Below, piece after piece: positions 50,711 through 64,000 of a DNA stretch of 64,000 nucleotides. The stretch covers positions 310,001-374,000 of the forward strand of contig NW_026782237.1 of assembly GCF_031769215.1 (NCBI RefSeq), read 5' to 3'. This DNA is from Ylistrum balloti (taxonomy: Eukaryota). Both the position numbers and the translations under genes were made by a program. Each line of letters starts with the position of its first letter. Position 1 is the stretch's first letter. The notes under the pieces are model-generated. The model saw only the letters and a list, made by a program, of their open reading frames with translations. It was not told where the DNA came from and searched no databases.

Positions 50711-51889
50711 TATAATAAATCAATCGTGCGATCCTGGAAAAAAACTAATGCAACTATGATCAAGGAAACTTTATGGTTTAGCACTTTAATAATCTAGTGC
50801 GATAATATAGCAAGAAAAGAGTTGAGATAAGAGTATTTTAACTAATTAAGAATTTCCGTTAACATTGTAGTTTTTAGGTCGAGCTGAAATTTCGCGCAGT
50901 CACAAAAGATAAAAAAGACACAATTGCTTAATGTGTAGATTTTAACTGCCTTTGCTATATTCTTTTTTATATGTTACGAGATAAGTCACTTGAGTATGAT
51001 TGCCTGTTCGCTGTAATGACAGACATCCACCAGGACATATTGTTCTGATAATGAAGTCATTTTTCATTACAAAGAAGAATATTAAAATTGCAATTTATTA
51101 ATGATGATGTATATCATGTGCAGCTTGCGATACATGAATTATTTTTACAATTCGATTGATATTTCTTTCATGTCAGCTGAACCAAAAGTTCATGTGAGCA
51201 ATGAATATTACCTTACATTAGATTGTCGCTAGTTATTATATCATTGTACTTCAGTCGTTTGTGTACAGAGAAACATTTTACGGTGTTAGCATGGACGTTG
51301 TTCTTAAACAGTGAAATACTATAATGAGCTGTTAGAGGCATACTTCGAAGTAAGGTTTTCCTCGACGAAATGATGATTCATTCCGTATTATTCATTACAG
51401 AGTGATATAACGCTATATCCTATACTTACTACCCTTTAATGTGAAATGCCAATCGATAGATTTACGAAGTAAAATTAAATATAACTTTGGGAAAATTGTT
51501 GATATACATATTTTTTTTTTTTTATCAATTTCGGATACTCGTGGTCCACTGGTTCGATTTACAAAGTCGTTATCCATTATTCTACTACGTCCAGACTATG
51601 AGTAGCGACGTTTTTGGCCGTACTAAACCGTGCCTATATCCACCATTCTATTACCCTCAGCCCGGATGAGTGTCGATGCTTGTTGCCTTGCTCAACCATG
51701 CCTATATATATATCCATCATAAGCATAATACCAGGTGAATTGCGACGATTATTCCCTTGCTCAACCGTGCTTATAAACATCAGACAAGACGAGCAGCGAT
51801 TTTGGTTGCCTTGCTCAATATATATTCATCAGTTTGTAAACATAAGGTGGGATATTAAGCGACGTTTGCTTCTTTGCTCAATCATGTGT

Positions 51890-52650
51890 ATAGCAACCAT
51901 TCTATTACCACCAGACAGCATGGGTAGTGACACTTGTCGCCTTACTCAACCATGCGTATAACCGTCATTCTATTATCACCCGACAGCATGGGTAGTGGCG
52001 CTTGTTGCCTTGCTCAACCATGCGTACAACCGTCATTCTATTTCCACCAGACAGCATGGGTAGTGGCGCTTGTTGCCTTGCTCAACCATGCGTACAACCG
52101 TCATTCTATTTCCACCAGACAGCATGGGTAGTGACGCTTGTCGCCTTGCTCATCCATGCGTATAGCAATCGTTATATTACCACCGGACAGCATGGGTAGT
52201 GACGCTTGTCGCCTTGCTCATCCATGCGTATAGCAATCGTTATATTACCACCGGACAGCAGGGTAGTGACGCTTGTTGCCTTGCTCAACCATGCGTATAA
52301 TCGTCATTCTATTACCACCGGATAGCATGGGTAGTGACGCTTGTCGCCTTGCTCATCCATGCGGATAGCAATCGTTATATTACCACCGGACAGCATGGGT
52401 AGTGACGCTTGTTGCCTTGCTCAACCATGCGTATAATCGTCATTCTATTACCACCGAATAGCATGTGTAGTGACGCTTGTCGCCTTGCTCATTCATACAT
52501 ATAGCAATCGTTATATTACCACCGGACAGCATGGGTAGTGACGCTTGTTGCCTTGCTCAACCATGCGTACAGCCGTCATTCTATTACAACCAGACGGCAT
52601 CGGTAGTGACGCTTGTTTTATTGCTCAACCATGCATACAACTGTCATTCT
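51890..52650 (+). repeat. 68-bp minisatellite (about 11 units) with an alternating dimer pattern
   Basis: cagcatggg occurs at 51984, 52052, 52120, 52188 and onward. Decayed units extend back to about 51690. Confidence 0.93.
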
Positions 52651-55600
52651 ATTACTATAAGATAGAGCGAGTAGCTACGCTTATACTTTCCAAAGCAAGT
52701 AACTGTCATCTGAAATTATCAATTACATAGACAAACTAACAGAATATAAGATGTATTTATGACGAATGCCAAAAAACACGTCATTCGTTTTTATCTCAGT
52801 TAATATTCTGATACAGTCTTGACCTTATGTTGTTATCCTTATATTATGCTATATCGCCAATGGTTGTTACGATACATTGAAGCCATCACTTTTTTGTTCA
52901 ATTCAAATTGGTTCGGATTTATCCATATTTCAAATATATAATGGCGCGTTTTATGAGCAATGTGTTTAAATATCTATTTAAAGCATACATCTCAGATTTT
53001 GTGGCGTACTTAAATGCAATGATTGCATACCTATTCCTTCAAACTTTCAAAGACATTTACATGCTTGGCGGTTAGTTGGTCTTGGCATTTGACATTAGGG
53101 TTTAGAATTCCTATGCATCTTGCGTCACAAGCACAGGTAATCTTCATTTCAACACGGTGACTGCCTTATTAGAAACAATGTTACTGAGCCAAAGGAAGAA
53201 TCTCGATAACTGGCCGTAAATGATGCATGCTTAATTTGTCAATACTATGGCACACCACAACCAAGCAATTTCTCAATAATTGATGTGTGACTATAGCAAA
53301 ACAACAATATAGTTGCCGATAAAGGTAATTCATATCAATACTTGTGTATATCCATATGACTCGAGACCATGACGAGATGTAATGAGTTTTCATCATATGT
53401 ATTGTTTTATTGATAAAATACTCCATTGTTAAGCTATAGATTTGCTAGGTACACGTCATTTCCTGTATTGCTGTTGTGTCGGTATCCAGTTTAGCAAGCT
53501 TTGCACTTAGCTAGTTTGATAATTGAAGAAGGCGTTTACGTCATTATTTCTATTCATTCTCCAAGAATATCCTGTAGAGATTAACTGACGGATGTATACC
53601 ATCCAAATTGCAGACGCCAACAATTTACTCTATGACAACTATTAAAGCACAATTTGTGAGTGAGCTTCGCCGCCAGTGCGTCTATTAGCAGAAGCGGTAT
53701 ACTTCAACTGGGTGATCGATGGTTTCTACTGGCAGGTATATACCTGTAGACTTGTCACCTGCCATTGTTTGAGCTCCTGATATGAATATGTAGGACTGAT
53801 ATCTAAGCAAAGATCGATATCTCTTTTTATTTTGTTTTACATACATCTATGTTTCTGCATCACTATGCTTCCAGTGCGTGGCAAATAACTCAATGGGACC
53901 TTCATCAAGCCAGAGTCAGTATGGCCGATTTAGTCCCACCTGGAAACCATGTTTTTGCCTGCTGTTGACAGCGTGTCACGAAAAAACAGACATTTTGGAA
54001 CAAATCTATTGCGAAATTATGAATCGGTACTTAAAAGTGTGAAATCTGGTTCCATTCCGTCGGTTGTACGACAGTACTGGTGGAAGATTCTTTATTCAAA
54101 GGTAGTGTTGCTATAGTACTTCACGAAACATCTTTGCAGTTCTATATCATTATAACACGTTTGAGATTTTGGTATTTGCGAAAAAAAGAAAGATGGATAT
54201 ATGATCACATATCAATCTGTCCTCAGTTTTGTTATCTTTATTTCTATTTTATTCCTGTTATTGAAACAGATGAAAGATATCATCTTTTTTTAATTTATAT
54301 TCCTACACATTTCTCATTTGTTGATAGTATGTTTTAGATTTATTTTTAAGATAAATACAATTCTGTCGGTTTGTAAGTTTTTCTCTTTTCACTGATATGA
54401 TAAATCAATACTTTTGGCATACATTTGTGACAAATTAACGCAGGACTTTATAGGTTTTTTAGTGCTATCAAATATTATGTATCCCTCGTTGGTATGTACG
54501 GTAGTCATGGATGATAAAAAATTCTTTGTCCCTCCCCTCCATACCGATGCGAATACCTAGCGTTACAGCAGTGTGATCATCGTAATGGTGCTTGGCGATC
54601 GGCTGGGCAAATCAATGAACAAATGAGTTCCTTTTTATTGACAGGTCTAACATTCTATTGCTTTTATCCAGGATGTAATTATGTATAGCCCTTAGTCGTC
54701 TAGTCACTTATATCTACCATGATACCGGTCAATAATGACTTCTAAAAGAAATACTGTCAATCTGATTGGAAAAATTTTCACATGTGCTCAGTAATTTCAT
54801 TGTAAGTCATCTTTCATTTTCTAACAGTATGATCATCATGTATTTGCAGTAGAGTTGCAAGTGTAAAATTTTAAGATAATTGCTAAGAAATTCATGTTTA
54901 GATTTTAGGCGATCTTTAAATTATATCACGACATCATGGTGATTTGCAATAGCATTATGATCCTTTTAGTCGATAAGCTTTTAATGTTTAGCTAGCACGG
55001 GACTTAAGTAAGATTTCATGTGACAATATGAGGGTTTGATAACTAACCGTGATAACGTCTGACTGAGTGTTACACTTTTGCTTTGAATCAGAATGATATT
55101 TGATTTGTTACTGTTACTTGCCGGATACATATTTGGTCAACAGAAATTTGCATGACTTTAAATATTTATCATCAGACTAGTTTTCTGATCGGATATCAGG
55201 CAACAATTATTGGATTACGATCAAGTAACATACATAAGTCTATGACAAGGCTTGTTTTATGTATCATTGGATAATGAGGTATAAATTTAATGTTTAGCAG
55301 GACGAAAAAAATGGCACCAATAAGGAAATTGCCTTCAAAGGTGGGCTGATAAGTCATTCTGTCTTGCTTACTTGGTGGATATACAGCGTTTTGAAAAGGA
55401 AAGCACAGAGTAAGAGGGAACGCTTTAGTGGAATAAGGATTGCTAAGTGTTTGATTTTGTGACGACTCGTATAATGTTCATATTTTTTTCGTTGTTTTTC
55501 AAAAGCTATTGACTCTCTCTTCAGGACTTTGTATTCTAATGTTTTGCCGAGAATCTTCTTGTATTTTTGTTTGTTAGAATTCAATCATTTATTTAGAGAC

Positions 55601-57197
55601 GTTCACTTAACTTTCTACTTGGTCATTTGATCGGTGCATACAACAAATTGTCGTCTAACATAAAGTGATAAAATATAAATGTTATCAATCTATATTTGGA
55701 ATATGGCTTGAACTTCGACTATTTAAATAACTATTAAATGGAAACATATATAATAAATTTAAATTAATTTTTTCCTAGACAACTATACATGTGTAATATA
55801 TTTCTTCATACGTAAATTTTATTAAAAACATGCAGCATTAATCGACACCTTGTATTCAATGTTCTGCTGTTTCACTATAAAACCGATAGCTTGAGTTGAC
55901 ATGAGAACATTGAAGAGTAGTTCAGGCATGACCTAGGTAGAATAGGTAAACGAATGTTTTTTTTTAAATCCATATCATTATAGTTTACTTGTTTTACTTT
56001 TTTCGAAAGATCCTTTGAAATACTGTGATGTTCTTAAATCTGCCTGCCTCAATTAAGGGCAGTCCTACTCACACATTCATGGTTGGTTGGCCCTGATATT
56101 ATACCTTTAACCCCAGTCAACTCTCACTGGTCGGAACATATTCGACGCGCAGATGGATACGCGACATATTATGGATTGTTTACCTTAGAAGCCAGTTCAA
56201 GTAGTAGCACTTGTGGGCGACGTATGTACATTTATTAAAACACGATTTTAACAGTCTTGACACTATATACGGGCTTATTCTCGCCTCAGATTGTGTTGTG
56301 TATTTGTCTAACAAAATAGCATTTAATTATTAACAAGAAAATGTGAGAGAATGTTGTTAAGTGAATGATGTCGTGTATTCACATGTGTATAACCACATAA
56401 CTGTCAGCTCATTGTTGGATCGTTACCCAAATATCGCTTTTGGCAAAATGTTATGTCCGTTTAGTAGTTCTCCGTAAAACACAATAACCAAAGTTGGAGA
56501 GTGTGGCTCGTCCTGATTTCAAATTTTCCTTGTCTTAAGTAGCAGATATACAGTAAAAGAAAGATGGTTATTGTGCTGATATGAGACGTTAAGTATATCT
56601 CAATCTAGTTAGCTTTTGCAAAATGAAAAAATATCTTAAATGCTTAATTGTCTTTGGCGAATTCTTTTTGTTATGATTGGTTCAGCATTGGTTACAGACA
56701 CAAACACGCACGCACGCATGCACGTACATGCAACATCTGGCTACGGCCTATTTGATATTAATTTGACTATGGTTCTGCTATTTTGACTTCAGCTAGGCAT
56801 CTTTATCATAAACTATGTTGACATGCTATATTTTTATAAGATCAGCATTACATTGTATAGGAAAGTATCCAACTGCGATCACATTTTCATGGTTCTTAGA
56901 CTTTGGCAAGTCTGCAATAGGTATGGTTCATTAAAAAGACATATGAAAACTACATACGATGTTATGGTAGGTAACTTTGAAAAATCTGTGTAAACGTTTA
57001 CGCATGTGTTGTATAACTTGTGGTCAACGTTTGACATTCTTTTTCATTTAAAATAAAACTTCATCGAATGGTAATAATGACATTATGTTATTTTATTTGC
57101 GATTAAGTGAAAGCATTGTGTAATTACTTTAATAATAATATTTTTCGTATGTACACTCATCAAAATGTATATATCCAACATGGTCGCTGAAATTTAC

Positions 57198-57601
57198 TTT
57201 TTATACGTCGCCGGAGGCGGTCGTATATTGGCGTCATCTTCGTCTGTCCGTCCGTATGTCCGTACGCACGTCTGTTTCTTGTGAACGCAATTCCTCCAAA
57301 ACTGATCATCAGATTTTCACGAAACTTGCTCAATGTCGCTACTACAATGGGTAAATGTGCATGGAGGGAGGATTTTTCGGCTCGTTGATTTTTGTAAGAT
57401 TTATGTCATTTTCAACTTTGTATCTGTAGCTTGCTCATAGTGGAGTCTTATGAACGCAACTCCTCCTAAACTGATCATCAGATTTTCACGAAACTTGCTC
57501 AATGTCACTACTACACTATTGATTTTTGTAAGATTTATGCCATTTTATCTTGATCTTTATATTTTGTTTGCGGCGTATATTGTGTCCACGGCACTCTTGT
57601 T
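57198..57601 (-). mobile_element. Helentron-associated (HINE/pearl-type) element in reverse orientation
   Basis: T-run plus hairpin tatacg-tcgccggaggcgg-tcgtata, gtccgtccgt microsatellite, two internal repeats about 171 bp apart (tgaacgcaa at 57281 and 57452), subterminal gcggcgtata, and end ctcttgtt (reverse complement aacaagag). Confidence 0.82.
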
Positions 57602-60325
57602 CACTATACGAACGGCAACCTTATCCTTGTCGTTTTCGATCGCATAATGTAACGCTTCAATCAGGAAAAACTGGTTAAATATGTGCTTTTATTGCTGCCC
57701 AAGACATTATCGACAGTAATTCTGGATGTAATCTTCAATCCTGATTAGTTGTCTTCGTATTGATTCATCATTTCACGATTTAGTTTCATTCTTTACGCAC
57801 TGTATTCATCTTTAATTCAGCAGGATGGTTACGTCGAATATCTAGTTTTGTAACATGATGTAACTTTATGCAATATACTCTAATGTAGACGGCCTAAAAA
57901 TGAGCATGCTGCAAAGTTTTCGTGTGGATTCAATGAATTAGTTCTCATCAATTTCGTGGTTTTAACTCGAAGTTAAAACCGCTCTAGACGAGAAATTTAT
58001 GATAAGTAAATTGTTGTGTTGGCAGACAAAGAATCCAATATCTTCAACCTTGTCTATTGGATTCCCTGCTTGCAAATCGATTGGTTTTACTTGTCAACCA
58101 AAGAAATCTTACCAATACATTTCCAACCTTTTGGGAGATAAAATTTGTTTGTCACGCTAATGTATCACAGTCTTTCAGAATAACGATAACGATAAAAACC
58201 TGGAGCTTTCGCTCTTGTATTGGATGCTGAAATCACAACCATCCGCCTATATTAGTGACTGTACTGGCCCGTTATCCAAATCTTTCGCTACAGTTATGGC
58301 AAAACGTACATCTCACTTTCTATGTTTTTAAATTAATGTAAGGTCAAATTTGGATTTTCTCTAATATCCTAATTTCCACACTTTTAAGCCAAACGTCACT
58401 TATCTTCGTTGATGGTCTGTTCCTCCAGCTAAACGTATAGGTAATACACGTGTGTAGTTGACAATCACAAGTTGGTATCGTAATAAAATGTCTGCCTTGA
58501 AGAATGCATTATTTATCGTCTTTTCCAATGATATACATTGGATTAAGATACTCTTACCAGAACCAGATTGTAATCCTGATTCGAATTTCGTTGATTTAAG
58601 GGAACAAATTAATGGATACCCGTCGTTATTAGATTTTTTCAGGCTATGATCATACTGGGGCAGTAGTGAGCACGGTCAAATTTATTTAAATTTTTCAAGA
58701 AAATGACACAACCTTAATTAGATATATCAGACAGTTATGTAAAACGAACAGCAATTCTTAACTACCATACGGTCGGTATGATGTCATTCTCCGTTTACTA
58801 TATTGGTCATTTTGTGCAGCACACCTTCTCTGCACGTGGATAAAACGTTACTCAATAAATATTTGACATTGATTGTGATAGGTATGTCAAAGTAATGCGG
58901 GAGTTTACGTGTGCATGTTTTAATGCTTTCATCATACTTGTTTTTCATTGATCAGACGTATATGAACGGGCCAGAGTAGCATTACCTCTTACAATATAAA
59001 GAGATGAGCATACATAATTCATCGCTCGAAAGAATCAATCATCTTTCTCCATTATAACACGACTTAATGTTCTCGTATTGTCTAGCATCGTTCAATTTAC
59101 ATTGACCTAACGCTATTGGGCACATACAATGTATATTACGAAATAACTCACGTTTCGCTCTAACACTGATTCAGATGAAATAACTCGTCTAGTCTATTAG
59201 GTCAGAATGGGATTATTGTGGTCAACGGTTATTTTGTTGTCATTATTTAGTTCGTCCACTTATTCTTCACATAGCTTTTGGTAGCAGTTGCCTTACTTCT
59301 TAAGTTCTTATTCTATACGAATACAGGTAGTGCCTTCCGGTTTAGAATACATTTATTTGACCTTGATGAGGATGAAGTCACGTTCAATACTGACTCTTTA
59401 AGAAGTAGTTCCTTCTCTGTTGTAATAGACTGACATCATGGTATGTAGTCTTTCGGTTTTACTCACTCAGAACACAACATTAATATTATTAGATTACTAC
59501 TATTACAGCACTAGTTCTTATAGATCTCACAAATTCACATACCAATTCAATGTCACGATAACGTTCATCACAATATGTTTGGTTCAAAAGATTCAATTAA
59601 AAGAATCATTGTACTAAATTGATTTTCGTTTTATGGCTTAAATATGAAATCTAGATCGTGGAAGATTCATGTGAGTCAGTGTCACGATTCGGTTGTAGAT
59701 AATGGGTCTTTGTTTTTCGTACATATGATCCATCGTCCTGCAGTCTGTGTAGAAATATAAATTTGGGTTTGGCGAGATAACTTTTTGAATGGTTTTGAAT
59801 CAGGTTGGCTTATCAAACATACATAATACCAATCTCGCACACTTCATGATTCTATCTATATTTCTTTGTGACCAGTAGGCGTATATACTCGTGGAACAGC
59901 GTGACGATGACAAATTTAATTAAAACGTCCAGGTTCAGGTGATTGATCATAACGTATATACCTACTGAACGGTATCTCTATCGCTTATTGTAGTCATGGT
60001 TGTAAGTATCAACTAGGTATGACGTCAGTAGACAAGAGAATCAAGGGCGATGTAATATTGGTTTTTGAAAATGTTATTTTACATAAAGGTATGATTCAAA
60101 ACTCGGTACGTTCGACTTTCTGATCAATTTCATAATGTCATGACATTTGTTTCGTTCCTTCTTTCATTTACTCCCACCCCCACCCGACTCCCCCAACAAA
60201 TCTCCTTCCCCACCCATGTTATTATATCTTACGAGACGAGAAATAACCTGGGTACGCGTTCGGTTTTTAGGTTAGTTTTTTGTTTTGTTTTTTTAAGGTT
60301 TTTTTAATTTTTATTTTATTTATTT

Positions 60326-60335
<10 letters not shown>

Positions 60336-60370
<35 letters not shown>
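60336..60370 (+). repeat. Poly-G tract (35 nt) following a poly-T tract
   Basis: Seen directly in the sequence. Confidence 0.9.
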
Positions 60371-60371
<1 letters not shown>

Positions 60372-60630
60372 GGTGGAGGCTCGTTTTAAATGCTCATTTT
60401 AAAAAATTAGTGTTTTAGTTACGGGTCTCTGATTTCTCTATAATACAACCATATAAGAGGTAATCCATTGTTGTAGTACGTTTAAATTGGTGTCATTGTC
60501 CTGTAATCAGTAGATAATATTCACGGCAGGTAGAATTACCAATCACCTCATGCATGGCGTGAAACGAATTCGGTAAATATAAATTATATTGGCTACTTCA
60601 CAAAATATAAATCGTTTATCAGAAACACAT

Positions 60631-63600
60631 GACTAAGTTATCATTTCTCCGTGATAATTGGTTACTGAGTTGTCCTTAATTGACTAAGTTATCATTTCTC
60701 CGTGATGATTGGTTACTGAGTTGTTGTTTATTGACTAAGTTATCATTTCTCCGTGATTATTGGTTACTAAGTTGTTGTTAATTGACTAAGTTATCATTTC
60801 TCCGTGATGATTGGTTACTAAGTTGTTGTTAATTGACTAAGTTATCATTTCTCCGTGATGATTGGTTGCTAAGTTGTTGTTAATTGTCTAAGTTATCATT
60901 TCTCCGTGATGATTGGTTACTAAGTTGTCCTTAATTGACTAAGTTATCATTTCTCCGTGATGATTGGTTACTAAGTTGTCCTTAATTGACTAAGTTATCA
61001 TTTCTCCGTGATGATTGGTTACTAAGTTGTCCTTAATTGACTAAGTTATCATTTCTCCGTGATGATTGGTTGCTAAGTTGTTGTTAATTGTCTAAGTTAT
61101 CATTTCTCCGTGATGATTGGTTACTAAGTTGTTGTTAATTGACTAAGTTATCATTTCTCCGTGATGATTGGTTACTAAGTTGTTGTTAATTGACTAAGTT
61201 ATCATTTCTCCGTGATGATTGGTTACTAAGTTGTCCTTAATTGACTAAGTTATCATTTCTCCGTGATGATTGGTTACTAAGTTGTTGTTAATTGACTAAG
61301 TTATCATTTCTCCGTGATGATTGGTTACTAAGTTGTTGTTAATTGACTAAGTTATCATTTCTCCGTGATGATTGGTTTCTAAGTTGTCGTTAATTGACTA
61401 AGTTATCATTTCTCCGTGATGATTGGTTACTCAGTTGTCCTTAATTGACTAAGTTATCATTTCTCCGTGTTGATTGGATTCTACTTTTTTGCTATTTGTC
61501 TAAGTTATCATTTCTCCGTGATGATTGGTTACTAAGTTGTTGTTAATTGACTAAGTTATCATTTCTCCGTGATGATTGGTTACTAAGTTGTTGTTAATTG
61601 ACTAAGTTATCATTTCTCCGTGATGATTGGTTACTAAGTTGTTGTTAATTGACTAAGTTATCATTTCTCCGTGATGATTGGTTACTAAGTTGTTGTTAAT
61701 TGACTAAGTTATCATTTCTCCGTGATGATTGGTTACTAAGTTGTTGTTAATTGACTAAGTTATCATTTCTCCGTGATGATTGGTTACTAAGTTGTTGTTA
61801 ATTGACTAAGTTATCATTTCTCCGTGATGATTGGTTACTAAGTTGTTGTTAATTGACTAAGTTATCATTTCTCCGTGATGATTGGTTACTAAGTTGTTGT
61901 TAATTGACTAAGTTATCATTTCTCCGTGATGATTGGTTACTAAGTTGTTGTTAATTGACTAAGTTATCATTTCTCCGTGATGATTGGTTACTGAGTTGTT
62001 GTTAATTGACTAAGTTATCATTTATCCGTGATTATTGGTTACTTAGTTGTTGTTAATTGACTGTTATCATTTCTCCGTGATTATTGGTTACTAAGTTGTT
62101 GTTAATTGACTAAGTTATCATTTCTCCGTGATGATTGGTTACTAAGTTGTTGTTAATTGACTAAGTTATCATTTCTCCGTGATGATTGGTTACTAAGTTG
62201 TTGTTAATTGACTAAGTTATCATTTCTCCGTGATGATTGGTTACTAAGTTGTTGTTAATTGACTAAGTTATCATTTCTCCGTGATTATTGGTTACTAAGT
62301 TGTTGTTAATTGACTAAGTTATCATTTCTCCGTGATGGTTGGTTACTAAGTTGTTGTTAATTGACTAAGTTATCATTTCTCCGTGATTATTGGTTACTAA
62401 GTTGTTGTTAATTGACTAAGTTATCATTTCTCCGTGATGATTGGTTACTAAGTTGTTGTTAATTGTCTAAGTTATCATTTCTCCGTGATGATTGGTTACT
62501 AAGTTGTTGTTAATTGACTAAGTTATCATTTCTCCGTGATGATTGGTTACTAAGTTGTTGTTAATTGACTAAGTTATCATTTCTCCGTGATGATTGGTTA
62601 CTAAGTTGTTGTTAATTGACTAAGTTATCATTTCTCCGTGATGATTGGTTACTAAGTTGTTGTTAATTGACTAAGTTATCATTTCTCCGTGATGATTGGT
62701 TACTAAGTTGTTGTTAATTGACTAAGTTATCATTTCTCCGTGATGATTGGTTACTAAGTTGTTGTTAATTGACTAAGTTATCATTTCTCCGTGATTGGTT
62801 GAGTTGGTTAATTGACTAAGTTATCATTTCTCCGTGATGATTGGTTACTAAGTTGTTGTTAATTGACTAAGTTATCATTTCTCCGTGATGATTGGTTACT
62901 AAGTTGTTGTTAATTGACTAAGTTATCATTTCTCCGTGATGATTGGTTACTAAGTTGTTGTTAATTGACTAAGTTATCATTTCTCCGTGATGATTGGTTA
63001 CTAAGTTGTTGTTAATTGTCTAAGTTATCATTTCTCCGTGATGATTGGTTACTAAGTTGTTGTTAATTGTCTAAGTTATCATTTCTCCGTGATGATTGGT
63101 TACTAAGTTGTTGTTAATTGACTAAGTTATCATTTCTCCGTGATGATTGGTTACTAAGTTGTCCTTAATTGACTAAGTTATCATTTCTCCGTGATGATTG
63201 GTTACTAAGTTGTTGTTAATTGACTAAGTTATCATTTCTCCGTGATGATTGGTTACTAAGTTGTAGTTAATTGACTAAGTTATCATTTCTCCGTGATGAT
63301 TGGTTACTAAGTTGTTGTTAATTGACTAAGTTATCATTTCTCCGTGATGATTGGTTACTAAGTTGTTGTTAATTGACTAAGTTATCATTTCTCCGTGATG
63401 ATTGGTTAGTTGTTGTTAATTGACTAAGTTAAGTTGTTGTTAATTGACTAAGTTATCATTTCTCCGTGATAATTGGTTACTAAGTTGTTGTTAATTGACT
63501 AAGTTATCATTTCTCCGTGATGATTGGTTACTAAGTTGTTGTTAATTGTCTAAGTTATCATTTCTCCGTGATGATTGGTTACTAAGTTGTTGTTAATTGA

Positions 63601-64000
63601 CTAAGTTATCATTTCTCCGTGATGATTGGTTACTAAGTTGTTAATTTGTTATCATTTCTCCGTGATGATTGGTTACTAAGTTGTTGTTAATTGACTAAGT
63701 TATCATTTCTCCGTGATGATTGGTTACTAAGTTGTTGTTAATTGACTAAGTTATCATTTCTCCGTGATGATTGGTTACTGAGTTGTTGTTAATTGACTAA
63801 GTTATCATTTCTCCGTGATGATTGGTTACTAAGTTGTTGTTAATTGACTAAGTTATCATTTCTCCGTGATGATTGGTTACTAAGTTGTCCTTAATTGACT
63901 AAGTTATCATTTCTCCGTGATGATTGGTTACTGAGTTGTCCTTAATTGACTAAGTTATCATTTCTCCGTGATGATTGGTTACTGAGTTGTCCTTAATTGA
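60631..64000 (+). repeat. 51-bp satellite, about 66 units, truncated by the window end
   Basis: Unit is gactaagttatcatttctccgtgatgattggttactaagttgttgttaatt; all six frames contain stops. Confidence 0.98.

Noticed and set aside
51890-52650. CRISPR-like array of palindromic repeats
   Set aside because: The intervening sequences are homologous rather than unique spacers, there are no cas genes, and the context is eukaryotic.
53870-53905. FQCVANNSMG as an immunoglobulin-domain motif
   Set aside because: The upstream D-x-G-x-Y and the first Cys/Trp strands are missing, and the frame closes soon after.
58420-58660. Minus-strand peptide ESGLQSGSGKSILIQ as a P-loop NTPase
   Set aside because: The spacing does not fit GxxxxGK[ST], the ORF is short, and there is no Walker B or other context.
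60631-64000. 51-bp (17-codon) unit as a repetitive protein gene
   Set aside because: Every frame on both strands has a stop within the unit.
1-64000. tRNA, rRNA or snRNA genes, and prokaryotic operons or defence systems
   Set aside because: No recognisable structural RNA sequence was seen by eye, and the gene structure is spliceosomal. A covariance-model search (Infernal, tRNAscan-SE) would be needed to exclude small intronic RNAs.

Overview
This is AT-rich eukaryotic (spliceosomal-intron) genomic DNA. It is probably from a bivalve mollusc, inferred from the style of the interspersed repeats and not proven. Two genes can be reconstructed by hand. (1) The last nine coding exons of POLR3C (RNA polymerase III subunit RPC3/RPC62) lie on the + strand at 81-5964. 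(2) A complete bicistronic MOCS2 locus lies on the - strand at 32650-7003: MOCS2A (86 aa, ending PPISGG) is followed, after a predicted 5-nt spacer split by an intron, by MOCS2B (144 aa). The two genes are convergent. The rest is intron and intergenic DNA containing many minisatellites, several Helentron-associated/pearl-type non-autonomous elements, a decayed CR1-like LINE, a 1.09-kb tandem duplication and a 51-bp satellite running off the window end. The most striking observation is that POLR3C exon boundaries have repeatedly been amplified as tandem arrays. One exon has 33 acceptor copies and the next has 10; two further boundaries show older decayed copies. In the two intact arrays only the last acceptor gives an open reading frame. 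Almost all ORFs in the supplied six-frame track are spurious. All exon structures are manual predictions without transcript data.
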